A DNA stretch of 64,000 nt, taken from contig JAITKM010000039.1 of the NCBI GenBank assembly GCA_031278395.1, forward strand, positions 3,372 to 67,371. The letters are read 5' to 3'. The notes under the pieces are model-generated. The model ran no database searches. It was given only the letters and a program-made list of their open reading frames with translations, and was not told the DNA's origin. A program made the translations under genes and the position numbers. Origin of the DNA: Deltaproteobacteria bacterium. Its GTDB lineage: Bacteria > Bdellovibrionota_C > UBA2361 > SZUA-149 > JAITKM01. Within the stretch, counting starts at the first letter, position 1. Every line of letters begins with the position of its first letter. This document shows, piece after piece, positions 45,800-55,460 of the stretch.

Positions 45800-45862
45800 A
45801 CACAAGTAAGCCTTTCTCTTTGAGAGAGGCGTCGCGAAGCGCCGGAAGGGGTATACCTGTGT
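45800..45862 (+). other. GC-rich multi-hairpin element in the 118-nt pheS-pheT spacer
   Basis: CTCTttgAGAG and CGCgaaGCG hairpins nested in ACACAAGTAAGCC/GGTATACCTGTGT arms; shares the 10-mer CGCGAAGCGC with 18005-18014 and 18120-18129. Confidence 0.5.
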
Positions 45863-45910
45863 ATGAAAATAAACGGCGCTATTTAATTTAATTAATAAGT
45901 ATTAACTTTT

Positions 45911-48466
45911 ATGAAACTTTCAAGAAATTGGTTAGAAGATTATATAGATTTAAGCTCAGTATCAAATGCTGAACTTGAAAATTGGATTACAACACGCATT
46001 GCTGAAGTTGATAGCCTGGAAACACTACAAGAACCAATGGAAGATGCAATTGTCGCCTTGGTCAAAGATGTGCAAGCTTTAGCGCATAGTAAAAAATTAT
46101 TTAAAGTTCTAGTTGAAATTGGTAGCGGCAAAGAGGCGCAGGTTGTTTGCGGGGCAACTAATTGTCGGGTGGGGATGTTTACGGCATATGTGCCGCCACA
46201 AGGTAAAATATTAGTAGGTGGAAAACTAGTTGAAATTACCGAGCGTGAAGTTGCTGGGGTGCTAAGTTGCGGAGTTTTAGTTGCTGAAGATGAGCTAGGC
46301 TTAACTAATGAGCACAGTGGAATTTTGGATTTAAGTTTGGTGGCAGGTGGTCGTAATTTAGAGGCTCCGGCGCCAGTTTTAAAGCCTGGCGACAAATTAA
46401 AAGATATTTATGGTGGCGCTGACGTAATTTTTGAAATTGATAATAAGTCTCTTACGCATCGTCCAGACTTGTGGTGTCATTTTGGTTTTGCTCGCGAGAT
46501 TGCCGCTATTTTGCATAAACCCTTGAAGAAAAATATTAATAAATATTTAGATGATAGTCCTGAGGGACAGTTAGCTATTAAGCAATTAGTAGGCGCGGGA
46601 GTTTCTGAGTATCAGGTTCAAATTGCATCCGCTACGCCGTGTTCGCGCTTTATGGCAGTAGAAATTATCAAGGCTAAGAATGAAATTTCTCCCTTGTGGC
46701 TCCGGCGGCGTTTACAAGCGATTGGAGCTGGAGTGCGCACGATTTTGGTGGATTTAAGTAACTACGTGATGCACGATGTGGGACAGCCTAATCATGCATA
46801 TGACGCGGATCGGTTGGTAGGTAAAAAATTAACGGCGCGAATGGCAACTGTAGGTGAAATTTTTAAAGCTTTAGATGGTGCAAGCTATGAGTTAAGTCCA
46901 GAAGATATGGTTATTGCAGACGAACAAGGAATTGTGGGGTTAGCTGGGATTATGGGCGGCGAGCGCTCGTCGATTTATGAGACAACTAATCACTTGTTTT
47001 TGGAGAGCGCTTGTTTTGATGCAGTTACAGTGCGGCTAAGTGCCAAAAGACATGGCATTAGAACGGATGCGTCTAATCGTTTTGAAAAAAGTCGCTCGCC
47101 TTTTGCAGCGGCGCTAGCAATTTTAAGATTTGTAGAAATTTTTTTAAAACTCCAGCCCGAGGCGCAAATTGTGAGTCGGGTTTGCGACGAGTTTCCTAAT
47201 AAGCCTGAGCGGAAGCGGATTGAAGTTAGTGGCAATTATGTTAGAAGTCGGTTAGGAGTTGAAATTTCCGATGAAACGATTGAGCAGATTTTAACAGGCT
47301 TATCTTTTAAGGTTACTAGAGGCAGCGCCGCTGAGCTGAGCGTTGAAATTCCGTGCGAAAGGGCAACTAAGGATATTAGTATTGCGGATGATTTAGTTGA
47401 GGAAGTAGGGCGAATTTATGGTTATGAAAATATTCAAGAGGCAGCGCCGCAAATTTTGCCGCAGCCTGCAGAAAGTGTGAAAATTAAAGAGTTTGAATAT
47501 TTGGTGGGGTCGACTTTAGTGGCGCGCGGCTTTTCTGAAATTTATAACTATTCATTTATGAGCGGGAGTTTAGCCCAAAAGCTGGGTTATGACGTTCGTG
47601 CTGCGATTAAGCTTAAAAACGCGGTAGATGAGACAACCGCGCATCTTAGAACTTCGTTAATTCCGAATATGTTTAGCGCGGTGGAGCAAAATTATAAGCA
47701 TGAGCAGGAGCTTTATATTTTTGAAATTGGCAGAACTTACGAGAAAGATTTTGATTTGCGTCATCTTCAATTAAAATTTAGAGATCAATACCAAACTTTT
47801 CCTACAACTTTTGAGAGGCGTTTAGTGTGTTTAGTTTATTCTAGTGGACGCGATGAAAAAGAGTTAGGGTGTTTGTTAAAGCCAGCTGTGGCGCAAGGGG
47901 CGGATTTTTATGCTTTGGCTGCTACGGTGCAAAATTTAGTCTGGCTTAGCACGGAGAAGCCGGTGTGTTTAGAGCCGTTAGCTCAAGGTGATTCAGCTTA
48001 TGTGGCGTGGATGCATCCTTATCGTAGCGCTAGAGTGGTGGTGAATGGTGTGGATTTGGGATTTATTGCCGAAGCCAGAATTGAAGCTTTTGAGGATGTG
48101 CGGGAACGAGTTGTTTTTGCAGAGCTGGATTTGGAGTTGTTAATGGAAGTTGATGTAACGCAAAAAATGACTAAGGCTTTGCCAAAGTTTCCGGATTCTT
48201 TTTTTGAGTTGGCGGTAATTATGCCGGAGCATGAGCCATATAGGAATTTGGAGCAATTATTTTGGCAAAAGGCGCAGACTAAATTATTGAGACGGATTGA
48301 GCCGCTTTCGGTTTATACAGGTCAGCCATTGGCGGATGGCACAAAAAGCGTAGCAGTAAAATTTTATTTTGGTTCGGACGACAGAACGCTGGCTCGTGAA
48401 GAAATTGAAGAATTGCAAAGTAGTTTTATGAATGTAGTAAAAGCAAGCCAGTATAGCTTGCGTTAA
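45911..48466 (+). CDS. pheT: Phenylalanine--tRNA ligase beta subunit
   Basis: MKLSRNWLEDYIDL start, tRNA-binding domain, B3/4 and B5 regions (HRPDLW, NHAYDADRL, GIMGG), C-terminal FDX-ACB-like domain. Confidence 0.96.
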   Translation: MKLSRNWLEDYIDLSSVSNAELENWITTRIAEVDSLETLQEPMEDAIVALVKDVQALAHSKKLFKVLVEIGSGKEAQVVCGATNCRVGMFTAYVPPQGKILVGGKLVEITEREVAGVLSCGVLVAEDELGLTNEHSGILDLSLVAGGRNLEAPAPVLKPGDKLKDIYGGADVIFEIDNKSLTHRPDLWCHFGFAREIAAILHKPLKKNINKYLDDSPEGQLAIKQLVGAGVSEYQVQIASATPCSRFMAVEIIKAKNEISPLWLRRRLQAIGAGVRTILVDLSNYVMHDVGQPNHAYDADRLVGKKLTARMATVGEIFKALDGASYELSPEDMVIADEQGIVGLAGIMGGERSSIYETTNHLFLESACFDAVTVRLSAKRHGIRTDASNRFEKSRSPFAAALAILRFVEIFLKLQPEAQIVSRVCDEFPNKPERKRIEVSGNYVRSRLGVEISDETIEQILTGLSFKVTRGSAAELSVEIPCERATKDISIADDLVEEVGRIYGYENIQEAAPQILPQPAESVKIKEFEYLVGSTLVARGFSEIYNYSFMSGSLAQKLGYDVRAAIKLKNAVDETTAHLRTSLIPNMFSAVEQNYKHEQELYIFEIGRTYEKDFDLRHLQLKFRDQYQTFPTTFERRLVCLVYSSGRDEKELGCLLKPAVAQGADFYALAATVQNLVWLSTEKPVCLEPLAQGDSAYVAWMHPYRSARVVVNGVDLGFIAEARIEAFEDVRERVVFAELDLELLMEVDVTQKMTKALPKFPDSFFELAVIMPEHEPYRNLEQLFWQKAQTKLLRRIEPLSVYTGQPLADGTKSVAVKFYFGSDDRTLAREEIEELQSSFMNVVKASQYSLR

Positions 48467-48493
48467 GACAAGGGACTTCTAAAATAAATAATC

Positions 48494-49387
48494 ATGTGGA
48501 TTAAATCAAATTCTCAAATATCGGATAATATTTTTCAGGTAATGACGCCAGTGTCGTCGCATTTTTTAATTTATGGGGTGGATAAGTGTGGTTTGATAGA
48601 TGCTGGTGTTTTGGGACTTGGGTTAGTGCCTGCTGTGCAGGAATTTTTAGAGGGGCGGAGTTTGGATTATGTTTTTTTGACTCACTGTGATGCGGATCAC
48701 ATTGGCGGGATTTTTGATTTAAAAATCGCCTTTCCTAATTTGAAAGTTGTGGCAGGGAAGTTAGCTAAAGAGAGATTAGCCAACCAAGATTTTTTAAAAG
48801 CAGCATATGCTCGGAATTGGATTATTGCTCAGAGTTTTGAAATTAGTAATTTAGTTGTTGGTAAAGAGTGGATGCAGAGTATAGAGGTTGATTTAATTGT
48901 GGAAGAAGGTGAGATGTTTAATTTAGGTGGGCAGGTTAACGTTAAGGCTTTTTCTTTTGCTGGGCATACTAAGGAGCAGGTAGGTTATTATATTCCGTCT
49001 GATAAAGCCTTAGCTGCCGGTGAGGCTTTTGGTTTTTTTGGCGGGCGGGATAAGGAGTTTCCAAGTTTTAGGTTTTATGAGGATTATGTGGCAAGTCTTA
49101 ACAAAGTGGCAAAATTGGATTTGAATATTCTTTCGTTAGCGCATAATGGAGTTTTAACAGGCGAGATGGTTACTAAGTTTATTCATAAATCTTTATCCGT
49201 AACTCAAAGTTTTAAAGAGCAGGTTCAAGAGCGCTTAAAAGCTGGTGAAACACAGGATGAAATTTTTAATACTATTCTGCAAGAATGGCGTTCGCTAGAG
49301 ATTGCCCCAGAAGGTCCTTTTGTTGCTGAACAAAAAAGCTTACTTAAAGAAATGCTCGCTGCGGTCATAAACTCTCCGGCAATATAA
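48494..49387 (+). CDS. Metallo-beta-lactamase-fold protein
   Basis: LTHCDADHIGG motif; FAGHT. Confidence 0.75.
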   Translation: MWIKSNSQISDNIFQVMTPVSSHFLIYGVDKCGLIDAGVLGLGLVPAVQEFLEGRSLDYVFLTHCDADHIGGIFDLKIAFPNLKVVAGKLAKERLANQDFLKAAYARNWIIAQSFEISNLVVGKEWMQSIEVDLIVEEGEMFNLGGQVNVKAFSFAGHTKEQVGYYIPSDKALAAGEAFGFFGGRDKEFPSFRFYEDYVASLNKVAKLDLNILSLAHNGVLTGEMVTKFIHKSLSVTQSFKEQVQERLKAGETQDEIFNTILQEWRSLEIAPEGPFVAEQKSLLKEMLAAVINSPAI

Positions 49388-49617
49388 AATTAATAATCCC
49401 GTAGCACGGCGCGCAGTTTATATTAGTTACAGTTCTAGTTTAGAGCTAGAACCTAAAGAATTAGCTAGCCTTTTAGAAGATTATTTAAATAAGATTTGGT
49501 AGTCAAAAAATTGTTTTGCTACAATTTGTAATTTAATGTTACTGGGCAGTCCCGTTTTAGAAAAGAAAGCGTCAAATTAAAAATTATTAAAGATTTTTCT
49601 CTCGCTCAATATTTTTT

Positions 49618-51126
49618 ATGGAAAACTTTAAACTCTCTGTTTTAGAGCTGATTATTCAAACTTCTACAAATTTACCAGCCGATGTGCGCCAAGCTATGCA
49701 AAAAGTCAAAGCGCTAGAACAAGACAACGCCAAGGCTACTAGGGCAATTAATATTATCTATGACAACATAGATATGGCTTGCCAGCAATGCGGCGCAATT
49801 TGCCAAGATACTGGCATGCTGACCTTTGAGATAGATTGTCCAATCGGGATAAATCAATTAGAGCTAGAGGCTGATATTCGCTGGGCAGTTGGCGAAGCTA
49901 CGAGACGCGGAAAGTTAAGACCTAATAGCGTGGATTCAATAACTGGCAAAAATTCGGGGGATAATTTAAGTCAGACAACTCCCATTTTACATTTTAAACA
50001 GTGGGATAAAGATTATATTTATATCAAACTGATTTTAAAAGGTGGTGGTTGTGAAAATAAAAATATTCAATATAGTCTTCCCTGCGAGCTGGAACATCTT
50101 GGCGCTGCGGGACGTGATTTAACTGGAGTTAAAAAATGTATCTTACAAGCTATTTGGCAAGCGCAAGGGCAGGGGTGTTCTGCGGGATTTATTGGAGTAG
50201 CGATTGGTTCAGATCGGGTAGGTGGTTATGCCTGCGCTAAAGAGCAGCTATTTAGGGCGTTAGATGACGTTAATCCAGACTCGCAGCTGGCAAAGTTAGA
50301 GCAGGAAATTGTGGAAGAGGCCAATACGTTAGGTATTGGGATTATGGGCTTTGGTGGAAAAGCGACTTTGTTGGGTTGTAAGATTGCAGCCGCTAATCGT
50401 GTGCCAGCTTCGTTTTATGTTACTATTGCTTATAATTGTTGGGCATTTAGACGATTGGGAGTAAAAATTGAAACAGCCACGGGAAATATTTTTGACTGGT
50501 TTGAGTTGGCTAAAAATCCAGAGAATCTTGGAAGTGTTGCCGGTGCTGGGGCTAATAATGTAATTCGTTTAAGTGCGCCGCTGAATGAAGATGAAGTGCG
50601 CAAATTAAAAGTTGGTGATGTGGTTTTGTTATCTGGCAAGATTTTCACAGGCAGAGATGCGATGCATAAGTATTTAATGCATCATGCTGCGCCAGTAGAT
50701 TTACAAGGCGGAGTGATTTATCATTGTGGTCCAGTGGTTATCAAAGATACAGATGATGACTGGCAGATTCAGGCGGCGGGACCTACAACTTCAGCTCGTG
50801 AAGAGCCGTATCAGGCAGAAATTATCAAACAGTTTGGACTGCGAGCAGTCATTGGCAAAGGGGGGATGGGTAAGAAAACTTTGGAAGGTTTAAAAAATTC
50901 TGGTGCAGTTTATTTACATGCTATTGGCGGCGCAGCGCAGTTTTATGCTCGTGCTTTGCCTAAAGTTTATAATGTTTATTTACTTGAACAGTTTGGTATT
51001 CCTGAAGCTATGTGGGAGTTAGAATCTCAGGACTTTTTAACTATTGTTACTATGGATAGTCATGGCAATTCTCTGCATGCCGAAGTTAGCGACTTTAGCG
51101 GAAAACAGCTAGAAAAATTTAGATAG
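49618..51126 (+). CDS. Class I (Fe-S) fumarate hydratase / tartrate dehydratase family, fused alpha-beta
   Basis: ICQDTGMLTFEID (alpha region); GKIFTGRDAMHKYL and IGKGGM (beta region). Confidence 0.85.
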   Translation: MENFKLSVLELIIQTSTNLPADVRQAMQKVKALEQDNAKATRAINIIYDNIDMACQQCGAICQDTGMLTFEIDCPIGINQLELEADIRWAVGEATRRGKLRPNSVDSITGKNSGDNLSQTTPILHFKQWDKDYIYIKLILKGGGCENKNIQYSLPCELEHLGAAGRDLTGVKKCILQAIWQAQGQGCSAGFIGVAIGSDRVGGYACAKEQLFRALDDVNPDSQLAKLEQEIVEEANTLGIGIMGFGGKATLLGCKIAAANRVPASFYVTIAYNCWAFRRLGVKIETATGNIFDWFELAKNPENLGSVAGAGANNVIRLSAPLNEDEVRKLKVGDVVLLSGKIFTGRDAMHKYLMHHAAPVDLQGGVIYHCGPVVIKDTDDDWQIQAAGPTTSAREEPYQAEIIKQFGLRAVIGKGGMGKKTLEGLKNSGAVYLHAIGGAAQFYARALPKVYNVYLLEQFGIPEAMWELESQDFLTIVTMDSHGNSLHAEVSDFSGKQLEKFR

Positions 51127-51130
51127 TTTT

Positions 51131-51152
51131 AGCGACAATTGTTTCGCTTTTT
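51131..51152 (+). terminator. Short stem-loop plus T run after the fumarase gene
   Basis: AGCGAcaattgttTCGCTTTTT. Confidence 0.4.
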
Positions 51153-51215
51153 AAAGGTGGGCAAAATTCGCGCGACGTTTTGCGCTAAGGTAAACTTAGT
51201 CGTAGTGAATTTATT
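51153..51215. repeat. REP-like element, copy D (good left arm AAAGGTGGGCAAAATTCGCGCG, degenerate right arm)
   Basis: The left ~40 nt align well with copy A (aaagg.tg.caaaattcgcgc.a.gttttg). Confidence 0.5.
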
Positions 51216-51218
51216 TTC

Positions 51219-52220
51219 TTACTCCAGAAAATTCATTAGCGATAAGGTGTTAATCTGAGATCCCATCTGGAGTAAGGCTTGCAAAGAGGTTTGTAGATTA
51301 GTGTAAGTGTTTGCCGCTTCGTAAAGGTCAATATCTTGCACTCCAGACCGCGCAGTATCAATATTAACTTTCAAAGTTTCAATTACATCTTGCGATCTAA
51401 TTAGCTGATTAGTTCTAACTCCAATACTAGTTCTTTCATTCTCAATTGAAACCACTCTGGCGTCTTTTAGTAAATCTATACACTGGCGAATATCTTCAGT
51501 CTGTTGACTATACTCTGCATCTGTATAAGCTGCGCCAGTTCCGTCAGGTGCAGCCGGTGCAGCCGGCTCAACATGATAACCTTTTAAAATTCGCCCCAAA
51601 CGTTCAAGCGTATTTAACGCCGAAGAAAAAATTTCATCTGCCGGAGTATTTAAACGAATCTGCTCAGTATCTGAAACATAAATCATATTGGTAATGTCAT
51701 AACCTGGCTCGTTAGCAAAAGTATATCTAGCGCTAATATCATTAGTGTCAGAAGGCTCACTGTAACCATTCTCAACTCGAATAACTGGAGGCTGCGAACT
51801 AGCGCCACCGCCATAAAGATAAGAATTTACATATTGTTGATTAATTATATTAACTAAGTTGGTTTTTAAACCTAGAATTTCCTCACCAATAATTTTGCGC
51901 TGGTCAACACTGAGTGTTTCACTTGCCGCCTGAGTAGTTAACTCGCTCGCGCGTACTAAAATATCTCCCGTTTGTTCCAAGGCCTTTTCTTGCGTGTCTA
52001 ATAAAGATAAGGCATTTGTAATACGCTGTTCATGTTTGTCTAAACGTTCTAGCTTAGATTGAAAACTAGAAATCATCCCCGCTGATCCCGGCGCATCACT
52101 GCCGTAGATAACCTTATAGTTGCTAGCAATTTCTTGATTTACTCTGTTAATCTGTTTTTTGGTATCAAAGAGATACTCCATTAAGCTATTCGTGCGTTGT
52201 AGATTACTTATTCTTTCCAT
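51219..52220 (-). CDS. flgL: Flagellar hook-filament junction protein FlgL
   Basis: Flagellin-like N- and C-terminal helices, YLYGGG motif, position directly after flgK. Confidence 0.8.
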   Translation of the reverse strand: MERISNLQRTNSLMEYLFDTKKQINRVNQEIASNYKVIYGSDAPGSAGMISSFQSKLERLDKHEQRITNALSLLDTQEKALEQTGDILVRASELTTQAASETLSVDQRKIIGEEILGLKTNLVNIINQQYVNSYLYGGGASSQPPVIRVENGYSEPSDTNDISARYTFANEPGYDITNMIYVSDTEQIRLNTPADEIFSSALNTLERLGRILKGYHVEPAAPAAPDGTGAAYTDAEYSQQTEDIRQCIDLLKDARVVSIENERTSIGVRTNQLIRSQDVIETLKVNIDTARSGVQDIDLYEAANTYTNLQTSLQALLQMGSQINTLSLMNFLE

Positions 52221-52232
52221 ATTGTCCTATTG

Positions 52233-53900
52233 TTAGCGTAACAAGTTAATCAACTCATCTAAAAGCGTGCTAGCCACATTAATCATGCGCGCTGAAGCTT
52301 CATATGCCTTTTGATATAAAATCAACTTGGCAAACTCTTCATCCAAATCCACCCCAGAGACTGCGGAGACTGCGGCTTCGGCTTGTGAAACTTTTCCGCT
52401 AGCAAGCTCTGCAGCATCTGTTACTTCTTTTTTCATCACCCCTATTCGTGAAACTGTTGTGTCATATAACTGCGAAATAGTTGAAGTTACCTGAACTGCC
52501 CCTAAATTGTAATTGATACGAGCATTTTTTTGGTCTAAAAGATTTTGAATATTACTGCCATCGCCGTCTGCAAATTGATATGTGCCTGAAACATTGCTAA
52601 TGTTTAAGGCAGCAGAAAATTTGCTTGGGTCGTCAAGATTAAAAGTCAAAAGCGAAGCGTAACTATTAAGTCCAAATTTTTCTAAATCGCTCTGCGACGG
52701 AATGCCGTCTGAATCTAAATCAGCGCCGCCAGTCAGCGAATTGTTAGCGCCTCTAAAACTAAATAAAGCAAAAGTATTTTGCGGAACACCGCTAACAAAA
52801 GTATTAGTTTGCTCGCCAAGTAAATTACCAGAGGTGGATTCACCATTTTCAACGGCTAGATAAGCCAGATTGAACCTAGTTAATAAATCTCTGGCTATCG
52901 TTTCCACATATGTTGCAGCCTCAACAATTGAGCCAGAAACATCAAAGGCAGAAGTCGTGCCAACTGTTTGCACGCCTCTAAATTTTAATAATCCCGCTAA
53001 CTCACCATCTCCCGCTGCAATAATAGAAGTTAAATTTATTTCAGTTGGCGTTGTACCCGTCTTGTCATAGTCGAAAGTTATAAACCCCAGTGAGCCACCA
53101 TCTAAAGCTGACGGCGTATTCTTACCGTCTACAAATGACGGCGTAGGCGAAAATTTTAATTGATTAGAATTAAAACCAGTAACCAAACCAAAACCATTGG
53201 ACAAAGTAACATTGATAGTTCCGTCTTTTTGAGTGGTAGTTGAAAACGAAATATTTTTTGCTAATTCTTTGAGCAGACCATCGCGCTGATCATGTAGACT
53301 TAAGGCTTCTTGCCCAGTAGCTTCGTATTTAGAAATTTGTTCATTTAAAGTCGCGATACCAGCCGTGATGCGATTAATGTCGCCAACTACACCTTCCATT
53401 CTGTCATTGGCTTCTCGCTGTAGCTCGGCGAGATTATTATAGGTAGAGCTAATTGTCGAAGTCAGGGTTTGCCCTTGATTTAGGACTCCTAAACGATAGC
53501 TTAGGCTAGAGGGATCCGATTGGAGATCTTCTAAGGCACTAAAAAATTTAGCTAACTCAGTTCCAATTCTGCCGTTTGTTGAATCTAAACTAAATAAGGC
53601 TTCAGCGCGTTGCAGGTAATCACTTTGTATTTGCGCTGAAGAAGATTCGCTAAGGCAGGCGATGTAGTTTTTATTGAGAAAATTATCGACGACCCCAGTA
53701 ACACTCGTAATAGTTGCGCCAGAACCATAAACAATACCATTAGCGCCAGTCGCCGCGTCAGATATAATGTTCACAACTCGACGAGCATAGTCAGCGTTAT
53801 TGACATTATTAATATTGTTACCAATGACACGAATTGACTGCGATTGTACTCCCAAGGAGCGGCGACTAATATCTATTAAAGCTGAAATTCCTGTTGTCAT
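52233..53900 (-). CDS. flgK: Flagellar hook-associated protein FlgK
   Basis: GISALIDISRRSLGVQSQSIRVIGNNINNVNNADYARR N-terminus; C-terminal EEFAKLILYQKAYEASARMI. Confidence 0.9.
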   Translation of the reverse strand: MTTGISALIDISRRSLGVQSQSIRVIGNNINNVNNADYARRVVNIISDAATGANGIVYGSGATITSVTGVVDNFLNKNYIACLSESSSAQIQSDYLQRAEALFSLDSTNGRIGTELAKFFSALEDLQSDPSSLSYRLGVLNQGQTLTSTISSTYNNLAELQREANDRMEGVVGDINRITAGIATLNEQISKYEATGQEALSLHDQRDGLLKELAKNISFSTTTQKDGTINVTLSNGFGLVTGFNSNQLKFSPTPSFVDGKNTPSALDGGSLGFITFDYDKTGTTPTEINLTSIIAAGDGELAGLLKFRGVQTVGTTSAFDVSGSIVEAATYVETIARDLLTRFNLAYLAVENGESTSGNLLGEQTNTFVSGVPQNTFALFSFRGANNSLTGGADLDSDGIPSQSDLEKFGLNSYASLLTFNLDDPSKFSAALNISNVSGTYQFADGDGSNIQNLLDQKNARINYNLGAVQVTSTISQLYDTTVSRIGVMKKEVTDAAELASGKVSQAEAAVSAVSGVDLDEEFAKLILYQKAYEASARMINVASTLLDELINLLR

Positions 53901-54125
53901 AAATTTTATTTTTGCATATTAACCAATAGGGCTAGGTAAACTTTCCCTATCAAGGGAGCATGTTGCAAAGACCATGCTAAAGTTGAATTTTAACTAAAAA
54001 TAAAGAATTTTTTGTATTTCTAAGGGGTTAGAGAATGAGTCATTGTCTAAAAATTTAGAATAACATTAATACGACTAGGCAATTTTTGTAACCATTCAAT
54101 ATATAGCGCCCTGCATTTTTTTGCT

Positions 54126-54704
54126 TTGATAGGTAATAATTATATGAGTTCAGGATTAAAATTAATTCTTCCGCCAACAGGACCTTGGAAACGTAGTAAA
54201 GCCATTGTGCCTAAAAATTTTTTTGGGGCTGGGGCGAAAAAGGATTTTGCTTGGTATTTTGAAGGTAAAAGTAAAGTTGAGGTCAAGAATGTGCAAGAGG
54301 CTTGTAAGTGGCTAACTCGATGTAAGTATATTTCTGACAAAGAGTTATTTATGGAGGATGATTTTTGGCAGCATCCAATAACTTTTGAAAATATTAGACA
54401 GGGGGATTGCGATGATCATGCGCTTTGGATTTGGCGGAAGTTAAATGAGTTAGGCTATATTTGCGAGTTGGTGGTTGGTAAATTTACAAGGCAAGAGTTA
54501 GAACATCGAAGAAATATTAGAGGAGCGTTAACAGGGCATGCCTGGGTAATTTACAAAGAAAAGGTAAAAGATAAATGGTTTTTAATTGAAACTACAGAAA
54601 AAAATCCACGGCATATGATTATGACAGCTGAAGAATCAAAAAATATTTATCTTCCTGAATATTCAATTGATGGCACTTTACAGACCTATAAGTTTTTGTT
54701 GTAA
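54126..54704 (+). CDS. Transglutaminase-like cysteine peptidase-fold protein (BTLCP/LapG-like flavour); start may be ATG 54144
   Basis: DFWQHPITFENIRQGDCDDHALWIWRKL (Cys) ... GHAWVIY (His). Confidence 0.65.
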   Translation: MIGNNYMSSGLKLILPPTGPWKRSKAIVPKNFFGAGAKKDFAWYFEGKSKVEVKNVQEACKWLTRCKYISDKELFMEDDFWQHPITFENIRQGDCDDHALWIWRKLNELGYICELVVGKFTRQELEHRRNIRGALTGHAWVIYKEKVKDKWFLIETTEKNPRHMIMTAEESKNIYLPEYSIDGTLQTYKFLL

Positions 54705-54713
54705 CTATCAATA

Positions 54714-54819
54714 TAGAGTTCACTTCCGAGTTAAGTTATATCGACACTTCATATTGCCCCCCCCCCAAAAAAAAAAACTAAAGACTTACTTTGGCTAACT
54801 AGTGTAGTGGCATTGTTTT
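54714..54819 (+). pseudogene. 3'-terminal remnant of a porin paralog (duplicate of 56522-56619)
   Basis: ~100-nt alignment to the last ~33 codons of the porin gene, the last 44 nt differing at one base. The remnant lacks a start and has lost the stop. Confidence 0.75.
54757..54777. repeat. Homopolymer junction C10-A11 inside the porin remnant
   Basis: Counted directly; the corresponding intact sequence is CCAAGAAAAAAGAA. Confidence 0.9.
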
Positions 54820-54942
54820 TTATAAAAAAACACGCTGTTTTTTTTATTTTTTGTAGTGGTGGGGCTCTGTAGTTTTATTTTTATTTATTTAATTTAAGGC
54901 ACAGAATCACTTATCTAATATGATCCGACAATTGCTTACTTA

Positions 54943-55158
54943 TTATTTCTCAATTTCTTCTTCCAGCAATTTTCTAATTAAAACATATCCTTCATCATCA
55001 GTATTCTGCTTAGCAAGATCTAAAATTATTTTTCGCAAACCTGAATTAACGCGTAACTCTTTAAATAAATCACGCTAGTCCTCTAGGTCTCCACGTTCAA
55101 TAATACTTGCTACTGTAGCAGGTGAAAAATCATTTTTATTTAAATGACGATGTTCCAT
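54943..55158 (-). pseudogene. 71-codon small ORF interrupted by one in-frame TAG (possible antitoxin-like helical protein)
   Basis: MEHRHLNKNDFSPATVASIIERGDLED-TAG-RDLFKELRVNSGLRKIILDLAKQNTDDEGYVLIRKLLEEEIEK. Its ATG overlaps the TAA of an upstream start-less ORF fragment (TAATG). Confidence 0.45.
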
Positions 55159-55460
55159 TATTTTTCTCCTAGTAATCTTAAAGAAAGTTTTGTTCCAACT
55201 TCTTCACAGGAATTTTTTATCACCTCCCAGTTTGTAAGTTCGTTATCTAGCGCCTTGTAATTGTGTAAATAAGTCAATACTTTATTTGATTCGATTCAGA
55301 ATAGATTTTGCTTCCAAAAAAAAGTTTATGGAAAGTTTAATATAGTTATAATTCAACTTGACAGCCAAACTTAATCATAATAGCCAGTGCAATCTGGTTG
55401 TAGTTGCAAAATCGGTTTTAAGTATTTTAAATATTAAAAAATTTATAAATAGAAAAATAT

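Noticed and set aside
54077-54096. Sigma-54-like site upstream of flgK on the minus strand (TGGTTAC-AAAAA-TTGC)
   Set aside because: The GG-to-GC spacing is 11 nt rather than the strictly required 10. Other GG..GC pairs in the flgK upstream region have 5-, 7- or 12-nt spacing.
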